Program-made: the position numbers and the translations under genes
The notes under the pieces: model-generated
Databases searched by the model: none
Told to the model about the DNA's origin: nothing
Seen by the model: the letters and a program-made list of their open reading frames with translations, nothing else
Assembly (NCBI GenBank): GCA_043228905.1
Contig: JBHGNT010000012.1
Coordinates: forward strand, 124,001-188,000
Reading direction: 5' to 3'
DNA from: Azolla caroliniana
Taxonomy: Eukaryota > Plantae > Polypodiophyta
DNA: 64,000 bases
Shown here: one piece after another, positions 13,301 through 25,300 of the stretch
Layout: every line of letters starts with the position of its first letter
Numbering within the stretch: position 1 is the first letter of the stretch

Positions 13301-16300
13301 ATCTTAATATGTTGTCTCATCTTTGAGAACAACAAACTAACTAAAATATATATAATTTAATATAGGATACTAAAAAAAATAGTTACCTAGAAAAAGCTCA
13401 AAACAAAATCATCGCTTCAGCTTTTCCTATATGCCATTCCTAACCTCCATCTTGTTTGTTGCCCATGGTTTCAACTATCCCTTAATCCCTACATAATTCC
13501 CAGCTAACAACTTAAATTATACCACATTAATTAATCTTATTTTTCTGTCAGAATGTTACTCCTTTTGCCCAACCTCCATCTTGGTTGTTGCCCAAGGTCT
13601 CAACTATCCTTGCACCCCCACATAACTCCCATCTAACTACTTATATTATACCACATATATTATTTAATCGTATTTTTCTGTCAGAGTGTTACTCTTTTCC
13701 ACTTTTAGGTGCATGATTGTCAAATACTTGCAACCCTCAATTATCATCTATTTACATAGACAACAAGAATTTTATTTGTTGCTGAAAAGTATATATGAAT
13801 TCAAGTAAATTTATGAACATAAAAAGAACTAACAAATCAAGATTAATAAACATTGATATGAAAAACTTGAAGCAATTTTAAATATTTTACGTAGTACTCT
13901 GATAATGAGTTTTTTTATTAGATACCTTCCTAAAACATAGTCTGCAACCCATATTGGAATAGCTTCATTGGTTGCTGGGTTAAGTGCATACATTCCAGTG
14001 AAAACTCCCCTTTTTTCTTTCTGAAGATCAGTTCTCTCTAAATCACTCTTTCTGGCAGCAGACTCAACATATGCACGAACCTTCAGAAATTCATTGACAT
14101 ACTTCAGCACCAAAATATTAAAAAATCAAAGCTGAAAAATAAGGTCTTCTACCTCCTCTTGTTGTGTAGATGATACCAAGGACTGCAGAAGGGGATGCTC
14201 TGGTGCAATAACTAAGTAGCTGCATTTTCAACCAGCTATTATGCACGATTGGAATTGCATCATGAAAACACAAATCTGATAGAATATGCACATGAAACAA
14301 GAACGGCAAGTCTCTGGTATGGCTTACGTGGCACCACAAAGTGTGTCTGGCCTGGTTGTATAGACCTGAAGACTAAGAGACTGTTCATTTTCTCTCTTTA
14401 CACGGAATTCAATCACAGCCCCTTCAGATCTTCCAATCCAATTACGTTGCATGTCTTTGATACTTTCTGGCCAATCCAGTTCATCCAAGTCTTTAATCAA
14501 GCGGTCTGCGTACTTAGTTATTTTCAGCATCCATTGCCGCATGGGCTGCAATATTAATGGGACTGTCACATGTGAACTGATATGACCCCCTTATGGTAAA
14601 GCCTTTTGGATCAGCAAAACATTTGAACAGTCATGGAAATAGTGAAACATTTCCTTTTTGACTACTTAAGGTTAAAACAAGAGTTGACCTTCCGTATAAC
14701 TGGATGACCACCACGCTCACTTAGGCCATCTATTACTTCCTCATTAGCCAGCACAGTACCCAACGCAGGACACCAATTAACAGGTACCTCCGCCTGCATC
14801 AAACAAATATGCTTTCAGAGAAGTCAAGTCAACGCAGAAGCCAAAATTAGAAAAGCAAAAAAATAAAGACTAACCCAAAAAAAATGCAGAATACATCTAT
14901 TACGAATCAGATATTTTTGGAAGGCAAGTAGCTTGATATTCTATTTATTATGATGACAGGATATATTATGAGATTATTTTCAATAAAACCTTTTTCTGTT
15001 CCATCTTGGATACAGTAACTCTACAATGATTTTGTATCACATACAAGTGGTCTGTCTTCTCCTGGATAAACAATCCTGGAAGCGATAGCTCAAATAATGC
15101 AAAAGGTCACTATATCCTTTTTTCTGACCTGTGCCATGCAGATATATTTCCTTTTGTGTGTCAGCTTCTCAATTACCTGGTATGCAAGGTCCATTTTAAA
15201 CAATTGAAGAAAAATCCACTGTGTCCACTTGTAGTACTCAGGTTCAGTTGTTGAAATTTCCCTTTGCCAGTCATACGAGAAACCTAATGATTTTAACTGT
15301 AAACCCAATATCAACATGAAGTATTATTTCTCTAGAAGCACACACCTGTAGGCAACAAGAACTTAAATGTTGAACGTCTGTTAAATTAATGGGTAAACCA
15401 ATTAAAGAAATATGAGAAAGCACATCTGTTCTGTAATATACATTCGTTGGAGGGAGAAAATACAGAGATCTCTTATATTTACATGAGGAGAAGTCCCTCT
15501 TTATAAAGGCCAAGATCTGGCCGTTGGGCTAACTAGCTGTTGGAACTAACTAGCCGTTGGGCTAGCCGTTACAACTTTTAAACATTCTCAACACTCCCCC
15601 TCAAGATGGGTGAAAAATATCCACTAAGCCCATCTTGTCACACAATCTAGTAAGACTTACTGGCCCAAGTCCCTTTGTAAGACAATCTGCTACTTGATGT
15701 TCAGTAGAAACATGACTCAATTTTAATATTCCATTATCAAGCTTTTCTTTGATAAAGAACCTGTCGATTTCGATGTGTTTGGTCCTATCGTGCTGTACCG
15801 GATTGTTGGCAATGCTGATTGCTGACTTATTGTCACACCACAACATCATCTGATTTTCTTGATTCACCTTTAGTTCTACTAGGAGAGTTCGCAGCCATAA
15901 CATCTCCGCAACTCCTATAGCAATAGCTCTATACTCTGCTTCAGCTGTTGACCTTGCTACTACTGACTGTTTCTTACTCTTCCAAGAGACTAGATTGCCT
16001 CCAACAAACATGCAGTATCCTGATGTGGATTTTCTGTCATCAGCACAACTGGCCCAATCAGAATCACAATAGCCCTCAATGTTAAAATGACCATGTTTTC
16101 TGAAGATTAATCCCTTCCCTGGGGCACCTTTGAGATATCTCAGAATGTGGTACACTGCATCCATATGATCTTTCCTCGGATCATGCATGTAGCGACTTAC
16201 CACACTTACTGCAAATGAGATATCTGGACGGGTGTGGGTCAAATAAATCAGCCGACCTACCAATCTTTGATACCTTTCACGATCAACTTTCTCTCCCGCA

Positions 16301-19300
16301 AGTTCAGTTAGCTTGATCTTTTGGTCGATTGGAGAAGCTACAGGCCTACAACCCAACATTCCAGTTTCTTTGAGAAGATCAAGTACATATTTTCGCTGAG
16401 ATAGAACAACTCCTTCTGCTCCACGAGCTACCTCAATTCCAAGAAAGTAGCGTAGCAATCCTAGATCCTTCACCTCAAACTCTTTACCCAATTGCATCTT
16501 CAGTTGGGCAATTTCTCCTTCATCGTTACCTGTGATAATTATATCATCCACATACACAGCAAGCAATGTAGTATGGTCCTTGTGTTGTCGAAAGAACACT
16601 GTATGGTCTGCATTCGTCTGTTGGTATCCCATACCCACCATAGCCCTTCTTAACCTGTCAAACCAGGCTCGAGGAGATTGCTTTAGTCCATAAAGCGACT
16701 TCCTAAGTTTGCAAACCTTACCTACTGTTTGAATTGTACCGAAACCTGGGGGAACATCCATGTACACTTCCTCCGTCAACTCTCCATGAAGGAATGCATT
16801 TTTTACATCTAATTGATGTAATTTCCAATCCTTATTCACTGCTAAGGAAATAAGTGTTCTAACAGTGCTCATCTTCGCCACAGGTGCAAAAGTCTCATCA
16901 TAGTCAATGCCATATGTCTGACTATATCCTTTAGCCACCAATCGTGCCTTGTATCGATCTATTTTTCCCTCTGGGGTCTGTTTTATTGTAAACACCCATT
17001 TGCACCCAACCGCCTTCTTTCCCGGTGGTAGTGACACAATCTCCCAAGTTTTGTTCTTCTCAAGAGCTCCGAGTTCTTCTTGCATGGCTGCTTTCCATTT
17101 TGGATCTTCTTTAGCAACCTGCCAACACTTGGGTAAAGTGACAGAGTCTAATGATGCAATGAATGCTCTATGTGTAGCTGATATGTTAGAATAAGAGATA
17201 AACTGAGCAATATCATGAGGAAAACCATAACGATCAGGAGGGACCCCTGCATTACTGCGAGAGGTCCTCCTAATCTCGATAGGAGAAGGAGAGGAAATCA
17301 TATCACCTGTGATTTCTAGGTTCGGGAGTTCTGTAGGTATTTCAGAAGTCGAGGCAGGTCGGGACATGGAACTTGATGGCACATGTGGTGCTGAAGACGT
17401 GTTCACATTTCCGTCTTTCTGCCTCCTCTTCCTTGTATACACCTTTAGCTCCCCCTCAACTTGAGTCCCAACACATATAGGCTCCTCGTCTTCGTTTCCT
17501 TCTTCTTCCGTACCTCCTACGCTCACTTCTTTCTCAGCTGATGTAGGGATCAGCAAAGGAATTGATCCTATTTTTAGCAACCTCTCACAATTATCTCCTT
17601 CCCTCATATTTTCAGTCTGAATTAAGTCATCAAAGGGTGAAGTTACCCCTTGTTTATAATATGGCTCTGACTCTCTGAAATGCACATCCATGCTCACAAA
17701 TAATCTCTTCTCTACTGGACTCCAGCAAACATAGCCTTTTTGTGTGGCAGAGTATCCCACAAATACACATTTTACAGCTTTAGGATCAAGTTTTCCTACT
17801 GATGGTCTACTGTCCTTTACAAAACACACACATCCAAACACCTTCAAAGGAAGGATTCCAGAGTTATTGCCTTGCAACAACTCACATGGAGACTTCCACT
17901 CCAATACTCTAGAGGGCATTCTATTGATCAATGTGGCAGCCGTCAAAACTGCCTGTCCCCACAACTGCTTTGGGACATTCATAGAAATCATCATGCTTCT
18001 CGTTACCTCTAGAAGATGTCTATTCTTCCTCTCTGCTACTCCATTTTGTTCTGGTGTATATGGGCATGTAGTTTGATGTTGTATTCCTTGATCTGAGAGG
18101 TATGCCCTAAATGTCATGTTAGCATACTCTGTTCCATTATCAGACCTCAACACTTTTACTACTGCACCATATTGAGTTTGAACTGCTCTATGAAAATCTT
18201 TAAAACAAGCAAATACTTCATTCTTTTTCCTCATCAAATATAACCAAGTCACACGAGAGAAGCAGTCAATGAAAGAGACAAAATATCGATATCCATTAAT
18301 AGAACTTGTGGGACATGGTCCCCAAACATCGGAGTGTATTACATCAAATGCATGGGAACTCCTATGACCCGAACTAGCATATGAACTTTTAGTAAGCTTA
18401 CCAAATTCACATGCATCACAAACAAGTTTTGTTTTATCCGCCTTTTCAAAAAGGTGTGGATACACCCGACTCAAAATGCCATAAGAGGCATGTCCCATGC
18501 GTTGGTGATGAAGTATTAACAAGTCCTCATAACTCATTCTAGATCCCCTTACATCTATTCCCTCTACCATAGATGCTAATGCTGAATCCAGCCCTTCACG
18601 ATCCAAATACCATAGTCCACTATGCCATGTGCCAGTCCCAAGTCTCCGACCTGTCCCTTTCTCCTGGAATATCACCTTGGGAATATCAAAAGAAACAACA
18701 CATTTTAGTTGGTGTATGATAGAACTTATAGATAATAAGTTTACTGGGAAAGAAGGAGCATGCAACACATTAGACAATGTCACAGAGTCGGTACATTTTA
18801 CTGTACCTATACCCACTACAGGTTGTATAGTACCGTCAGCAATTTGAATGCTTTCTGGCATTGATAAGTGAGTATATGAGGAGAATTCACTAGCATTACC
18901 CGTCACATGCCTAGATGCACCAGAATCAATTATCCATTCTGGTGTAGAGGCAAGAGTATTTGTGTTGCTAGTACTTGTGGCCGAATAAGCATAGGTGGCA
19001 GTGTTACCTCTTGACATGAATGAAGTATCATCTGCGGCTCTTTGCTTCCTCCTAAGTATTTCTAAGAGAGCTTGATCCTCTTCGGTGAACACCACCTTAG
19101 TTCCTTCCTCTTCTTTTGCTACCATCAAGTTTGCTTGGTAACCTCCTCGTGCACCTCTTCGGCCCCCTCGACCACGACCTCTAGTTTGTCCACGTCCTCC
19201 ATATTCTCTCTCCTTAGATGGTTTAGGGCAAGCATTCTTGAAATGACCAGCTTCACCACAATTGTAGCATTTTCGATTTTCACTTCCGCTTGTATTGGAC

Positions 19301-22300
19301 ACCATTAGTGCCGATCGTACCCCTGGAAGTCCGGTAGTGTCAGAGAGCAGCTTCATTCTACTCTCCTCTTGTATCATAGTCGCGATTGCCTCATCAAGTG
19401 TAGGAATTTCTGCCTTAGCTAGAAGAACTGCCCTTCTTTGATCAAATGACGGGTTGAGATGTTTCAAAAATTGCATAGTTCTTCTTTGAGCAGAAATTTC
19501 CTTGCTCTTACACTAAGGATCATTGCACACTGTCACAGGCGAGAAATGATCGTATTCTGCCCATAGACGCTCCAACTCTATGGCATATTCCTGGACCATC
19601 CTATCTCCCTGGCAAACGGCATCAATCTCCTGCTCGATTTGAAATACTCTCATGTTGTTTCCCCTCCCTGCATACGTCTTTTGCAATTTCTCCCATATCT
19701 CCTTTACACTTAAAATTCCATCAACTGTTGTGGCGATTGATGGAATCATGGAGTTTAGGAGCCACGTGTACAATGACATGTGGGTAGCTCTCCATGCTTT
19801 CCATTCATTGCTCGTTTTGATAGGAGGCTCTTTCTCTTCTCCCGTAAGGTAGCCGTCAAGGCTTCTTCCTGCCAAGGCACCTATAATCCGACGCGACCAG
19901 CTCAAGTATGTGGCTGGTCCATCGAGTTTGAACTCAACTGGGAGGAGTTCAAGTCGGGGTGGTGGTTGCATTCCTGTCACACCTCCAGATGCTACTATCT
20001 CAGCCTGTTTCATGTATTTCACCAATGTTTTCACCTCATCTTCATTCAATTTTGAGAACACATCATCCATCTTGTCAACTTGGCCTATCTCTGCTTTCCT
20101 CTTCTAACTTTTTTCCCAAGTCACCTCTCAATCACATAGCAATGTCATCCCAAATGAAACAAAAATCCCCCTTTCCTCTCTTGAATGCTAGGACAGTGCT
20201 GTTCCAATCACTGTCATTTCAGCAGAAGGGTAGATCTAGGGTTCTGCAGAGGACAGATCTAGGGTTTTGCAGAGGACAGATCTAGGGTTTTGCAGAGGGG
20301 CGGATCTATGCTCTGATACCATAAAGAAATATGAGAAAGCACATCTGTTCTGTAATATACATTCGTTGGAGGGAGAAAATACAAAGATCTCTTATATTTA
20401 CATGAGGAGAAGTCCCTCTTTATAAAGGCCAAGATCTGGCCGTTGGGCTAACTAGCTGTTGGAACTAACTAGCCGTTGGGCTAGCCGTTACAACTTTTAA
20501 ACATTCTCAACACCAATAATGCTGATATTAACAAAACTTGTCTATTAAATGCAAAAAAGGGATCTATGAAAAGCTGACTACAGATGTAATCTGGCTACGG
20601 ATTAAAATCGTTGAAAGCGCCCTCAACTAATGGTAAGCTATGTAGGAGACATGTGGGGTGTACATGAGAGAGATCTAAAAACTCTTACATGGGAGAGCTC
20701 ACTCTAATCCTTTGGAAATCTGGAGCCTAGTAAAATTATTACTGTTTGCTGTTTTCCCCAATGGATCCAGAGAGAGTACTTTCAAAAAATTTAAGATTCC
20801 AGTCATCTTACATGCTGGACACATGAACACACACTGATTGTACTTGATGTTTAATAGAACTATGTGTGAGGGTTTATTGAGACTCAGGGTACACCCCCCA
20901 TTATTGTGCCTATTCTCCAGACATGAGACCCTTCCTTTACGATTAACTATTGCATTATCATCGGTTGCATAAAAACTTGGCATTATCATCTGTTTCTCAG
21001 GTTTCCTACATATACCATTTTCCCTTCATAGACCAAAACATTTAACTGTTGATCATTTCGTTAACTAAAACTTATTATGGTAAAAATTCAACTTCAAAGG
21101 AAAACGCTATATTGTTGTTTTGTGGACTTCAAGAAAGCCTTTGACACTATACCAGGGAGTGAGCTTGGGAAAAGAATGATAGAGATAAGAATGTCATTAG
21201 TGTATAGAGCAGTTGTAGCACAATTGTATGAGCAAGTTGCCAATTGAAAATGGATAGTAGTTTCTCAAACTACTTTTTGAGCAAAATAGGGGTCAAAGCA
21301 AGGGTGTCCACTCTCTCCCACACTCTTTGGTCTATGCATCGATATCCCACTAGTAACCTATATGAGCAAGTTAGGTGCAAATTGAAAGTAGATAGTGATT
21401 TGTCAAACTACGTTTTGAGCATCATGGGTATCAAGCAAGGGTATCCATTCTCTCTTACACTCTTTGGTCTATACATCGTTAAAATTGAAAAAATAGTAAA
21501 GTAAGGTTGCAAAAGAAAAAGAATCGGATGGCCTAAAACTCATACATGAGCTCTCCTATATGCTAATGATGTTTTTGTAAAGAACTAGAAGACAGAATGA
21601 CAGTTTTCTGAAATATCTAAAGGTAGAGATATAGAAACTAAAACAATTATGGGGTTTAACACATAGGAGGGATTAAAGAAGTAGAAGTATTTTTACAAAA
21701 TAAAAGCCTACCCTTGAAAAAACATACAAGATAGGAGTGCACACACACATATATATATGCGCTATCCAAGATACATAGAATATGCTTTTAGAAAAGGTGC
21801 TTTAAATGCTGATGGGACAGCTAAGTCATGGCCTCATAAATACCTATTCTATGCTGAGTGGGAATCTTGTCCAAGTATCTCATTCAAAGTATAGAATATT
21901 CTTTTAGAAGTTGTAGTACAGTTCTGAAAACGAGACTGTACAACTTTAACATAAAATAGAAAATATTAAATAATATAAAAACATTTTTCTAGTTTAGTTA
22001 GAGAAACCTAAAGGGCCCTTAATCCCAAGAGTTTTATTCCAATATACTTTGGATGATATGCAATACTTACTTGATGTATTTGGATACATTTTGTCAAATC
22101 AATGGACTATTGTTAATGATGGCAATAAAGGTGATACAACTCAGACATTACCCCACTTTACATGCAAGAGAGAAGTTAGAACCAAAACAAGTGGTGCAAA
22201 GCATCAAATATCTATGTATGCTATGACAAGTGTGCTGGAATGTATTAAAGTTCCATCGACAAATAGATAGAATGTATGCTATGAGTCTAGGCTTCAAGTG

Positions 22301-25300
22301 TGCTAGAATAGTTATTATATGTTTGAGAATCAATGCAACCAAAGTGATACTCAAAGATGGGAAGTGAGATAATGTTATTCAATGCTATGTTGGTCCAAAT
22401 GTTGTGTTATGGAGTGAGAGTGTGAGGTGGCACTATCTCACTTAGTGCATGGAATGAACTAGATAAAATCCATAAATTATAACTTGACAAGCTATTAGAA
22501 ACAAGTGATCTATAGAGGTACAAGCCATGCAAAGAGTATTCAAGTATATCACAAAAGCCAAGAATATGCCTGGCCATAAATTGCCAAAACAAGCTGGAAC
22601 ATAGGATGCAAGGTACACAAACCAAGAAGAGCAAAATCTTCTTATCTAGTTGGATGCTTGACATGATGAAATGGTTTATGAGATGGGTAGTAAAAGATCT
22701 ATTGGTGCTCTCAAGTGATGCTATGAAGCATGTGATCAGCACGGATAGATTACTAGAGGCAGTAAGGATGAAGTGGCAAGATGCTAAAATGTCGAAATTG
22801 GAATATTGCAAATATTAACCCAATTTTGTCACCAATACAGGGTAAAAATGCCAGAATGTATCCTATCACATCTCACTATCCCCATGAGCCCAGAGAACAT
22901 TAACACTCTTCAAACTTGCTCACACAAGTTAAGTGTTGATGTAGCATCATGGCATCATGGCATCCATCACCCAAATATGTAGATATGCAAGGTATGCAAT
23001 AAAACCTGAGGAGGCTGAATCAGTTACATACTTATCCCATGCTCAGTGTATAAGGTAATTCACGAGAAATATGATGACTTGTTAGACGGGTATGATAATG
23101 TAAGTCTCATACTCAAATGTCCATCAACAATGTTGAGCATAAATATGCGTGCATTATTTTCACATCTAGAGTTTTTACTCCAACGTAATAACCCCCCTTC
23201 TTAGGAAGGAGTCACATACAATATGATATGTTGATTTGATCCCATACGTCAAAATTCACTTCCTCATGGACAATAAAATATCTATTCTATTGCCTTAGTG
23301 GTACAACATGATTTTCCATCCATGTGTACCACATTGTAGTTCATACACATTACCTCATCTCACTCATTTCAGTTGAAGAAAATATGAAGGATTAAATAGA
23401 ATAAGTATAACAAAAAAGCCAAAGCCAAGGTAGTTCTACCTGCTTGCGGAACCTGCTGATATTACGTTTTGTTGTCAAACTTGGATGAGCTCCTGTCTAA
23501 CAAGTATTATAAAATATATATATTACCATATGTGCAAATGCTCATAATTGAACAAATGGCTAATATATCACAAACAATGACCTTTCATTTTACCTCAATT
23601 GCATATTGTTCAGCAGGTAATCCAAAAGCATCCCAACCCATTGGATGAAGAACATTAAACCCTTGCATGCGTTTGTACCTTGCAATAATATCAGTGGCTG
23701 TATAACCTTCAGGGTGTCCAACATGAAGACCTGATCCACTGTTAAACAGTCATGACCATGTAAATCATTAAGGGTTGATAAACCAAAACATAACATAATC
23801 AAACACCAGAGTAGAAAGAAAGAAAGAGTGTCCAACATGAAGACCTGCCCCATTATCGAACATTCATGACAATGCAAATCATCAAGCATTAATAAACTTA
23901 GATATCCCACACTCAAACACCATAGTAGAAAGAAAGAAAGCTATATAACATATTTTAAGAGGCCAAAATAGTCTATAAACTGAACAGAAATCTTTGGGAA
24001 CAAAATGTTTTCTCGTCTTTGGGAAAAACAAATCAAAATAATTATTGAGGAAACTGTTATGACAGTAGTAGGGTGCCAAAGAGCCTAGCACAAACAGAGA
24101 AAATTATACTAAAAAGCAACTATATTTCTTAGTGAGCCTCAAAGCCTTTCAATAGAGTGGGGTTTGTAACTGATACATTTATGAAAGGGGATAACATGTG
24201 CCTAGGAGCATAATGAGTAAAAGTCGTAAAGTAGTGGGGAGAAAAAACAATGTAGTAAATGTTGTAATGAAGTACTGGCAGGATTAGAAAGTCAAATGAA
24301 ATAATTGATGGAATAAAGTGAATCTAGAGAGAGAAATGTGTAGTGTGCGTGTGTGCAGAAGGGAGAGATTAGTTCTAAGGCTGTCATCCTCCACCACCTC
24401 GGCTCCAGAATGGTGCTCCTAATTTGAGATGAATAAAGGGCTGATCAATTGTGTCCTTAGGAAGTGCCTTGTTAAAGAGGTCAGCCACATTGCCATAGAT
24501 TACTTGCTATACCCAAGAAACTTGCATTTCTTACTCTTGGATTCAAATTTAGTAAGTGTAGTATCTGAAATATGAACATATTCATCAGATTCAAACACCC
24601 AAAGATGAGAAACTAAGAATTTGTGACCTGTAAATGCCTCTTCAAGGATCATTTCAGCAAGTGCCTTAGTAGGAGAATAGTTGATGACATAGACAGCTGT
24701 GTCGATAGCTTCACCCAAAAATGGAGAGAAAGATCAGATTGAGACAACACTCTCACCATTTCTTAACTGTCTTGTTCTTCCTTTCTACTACTAATTTTGT
24801 TGTGGAGAATTGGGAACAGAAAACTGACAAGCAATACCTTGTTGCCAACAAAAGATACTAACGGAACATGAAATAAATTCACCACCATTGTTAGCTCTGA
24901 TTTTGTTAACCTTCTTGAAGGTCTTTGTTTCAACTAGAGACACCCATTCTTGAAACCTAGAGAGTGCTTCAAATTTGGTTGAAGGTATGTGAACTCAGAC
25001 TAGCTCCAAAATGGATGTGGCACAATAAGTTGCTTGAGAGAGAAATGGTTCTCAGTGGTGCTTCCCATGTGCACAAGCCACACATGAGGTATTGAAGAAA
25101 TTTGAATGAGGAAGGCCATGCACCATTTGGGATGACGAGAGTCATAGTTGAGATGCCCAAAAGCAAGCACACAACAGCTACGGATCTTCTTGAGCTACTA
25201 CGACATAACTTCAATGCAGATGTTATAGTAGATGAGACTTGGAGGATGGTAATGAGCTGTTGGAGCCGTGACGGTGACACAAGTCCATTTCCTTTTTATC

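Larger units (their letters stand above)
15403..20512 (-). mobile_element. Full-length young Ty1/Copia retrotransposon (Ale/Retrofit-like), 5110 bp, in LeuRS intron 3
   Basis: 191-bp LTRs at 15403-15593 and 20322-20512 with 1 mismatch; 5-bp TSD CCAAT (15398-15402, 20513-20517); tRNA-iMet PBS TGGTATCAGAGC (minus strand, 20310-20321); PPT GAGGGGGAG next to the 3' LTR; gag-PR-INT-RT-RH order. Confidence 0.96.
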
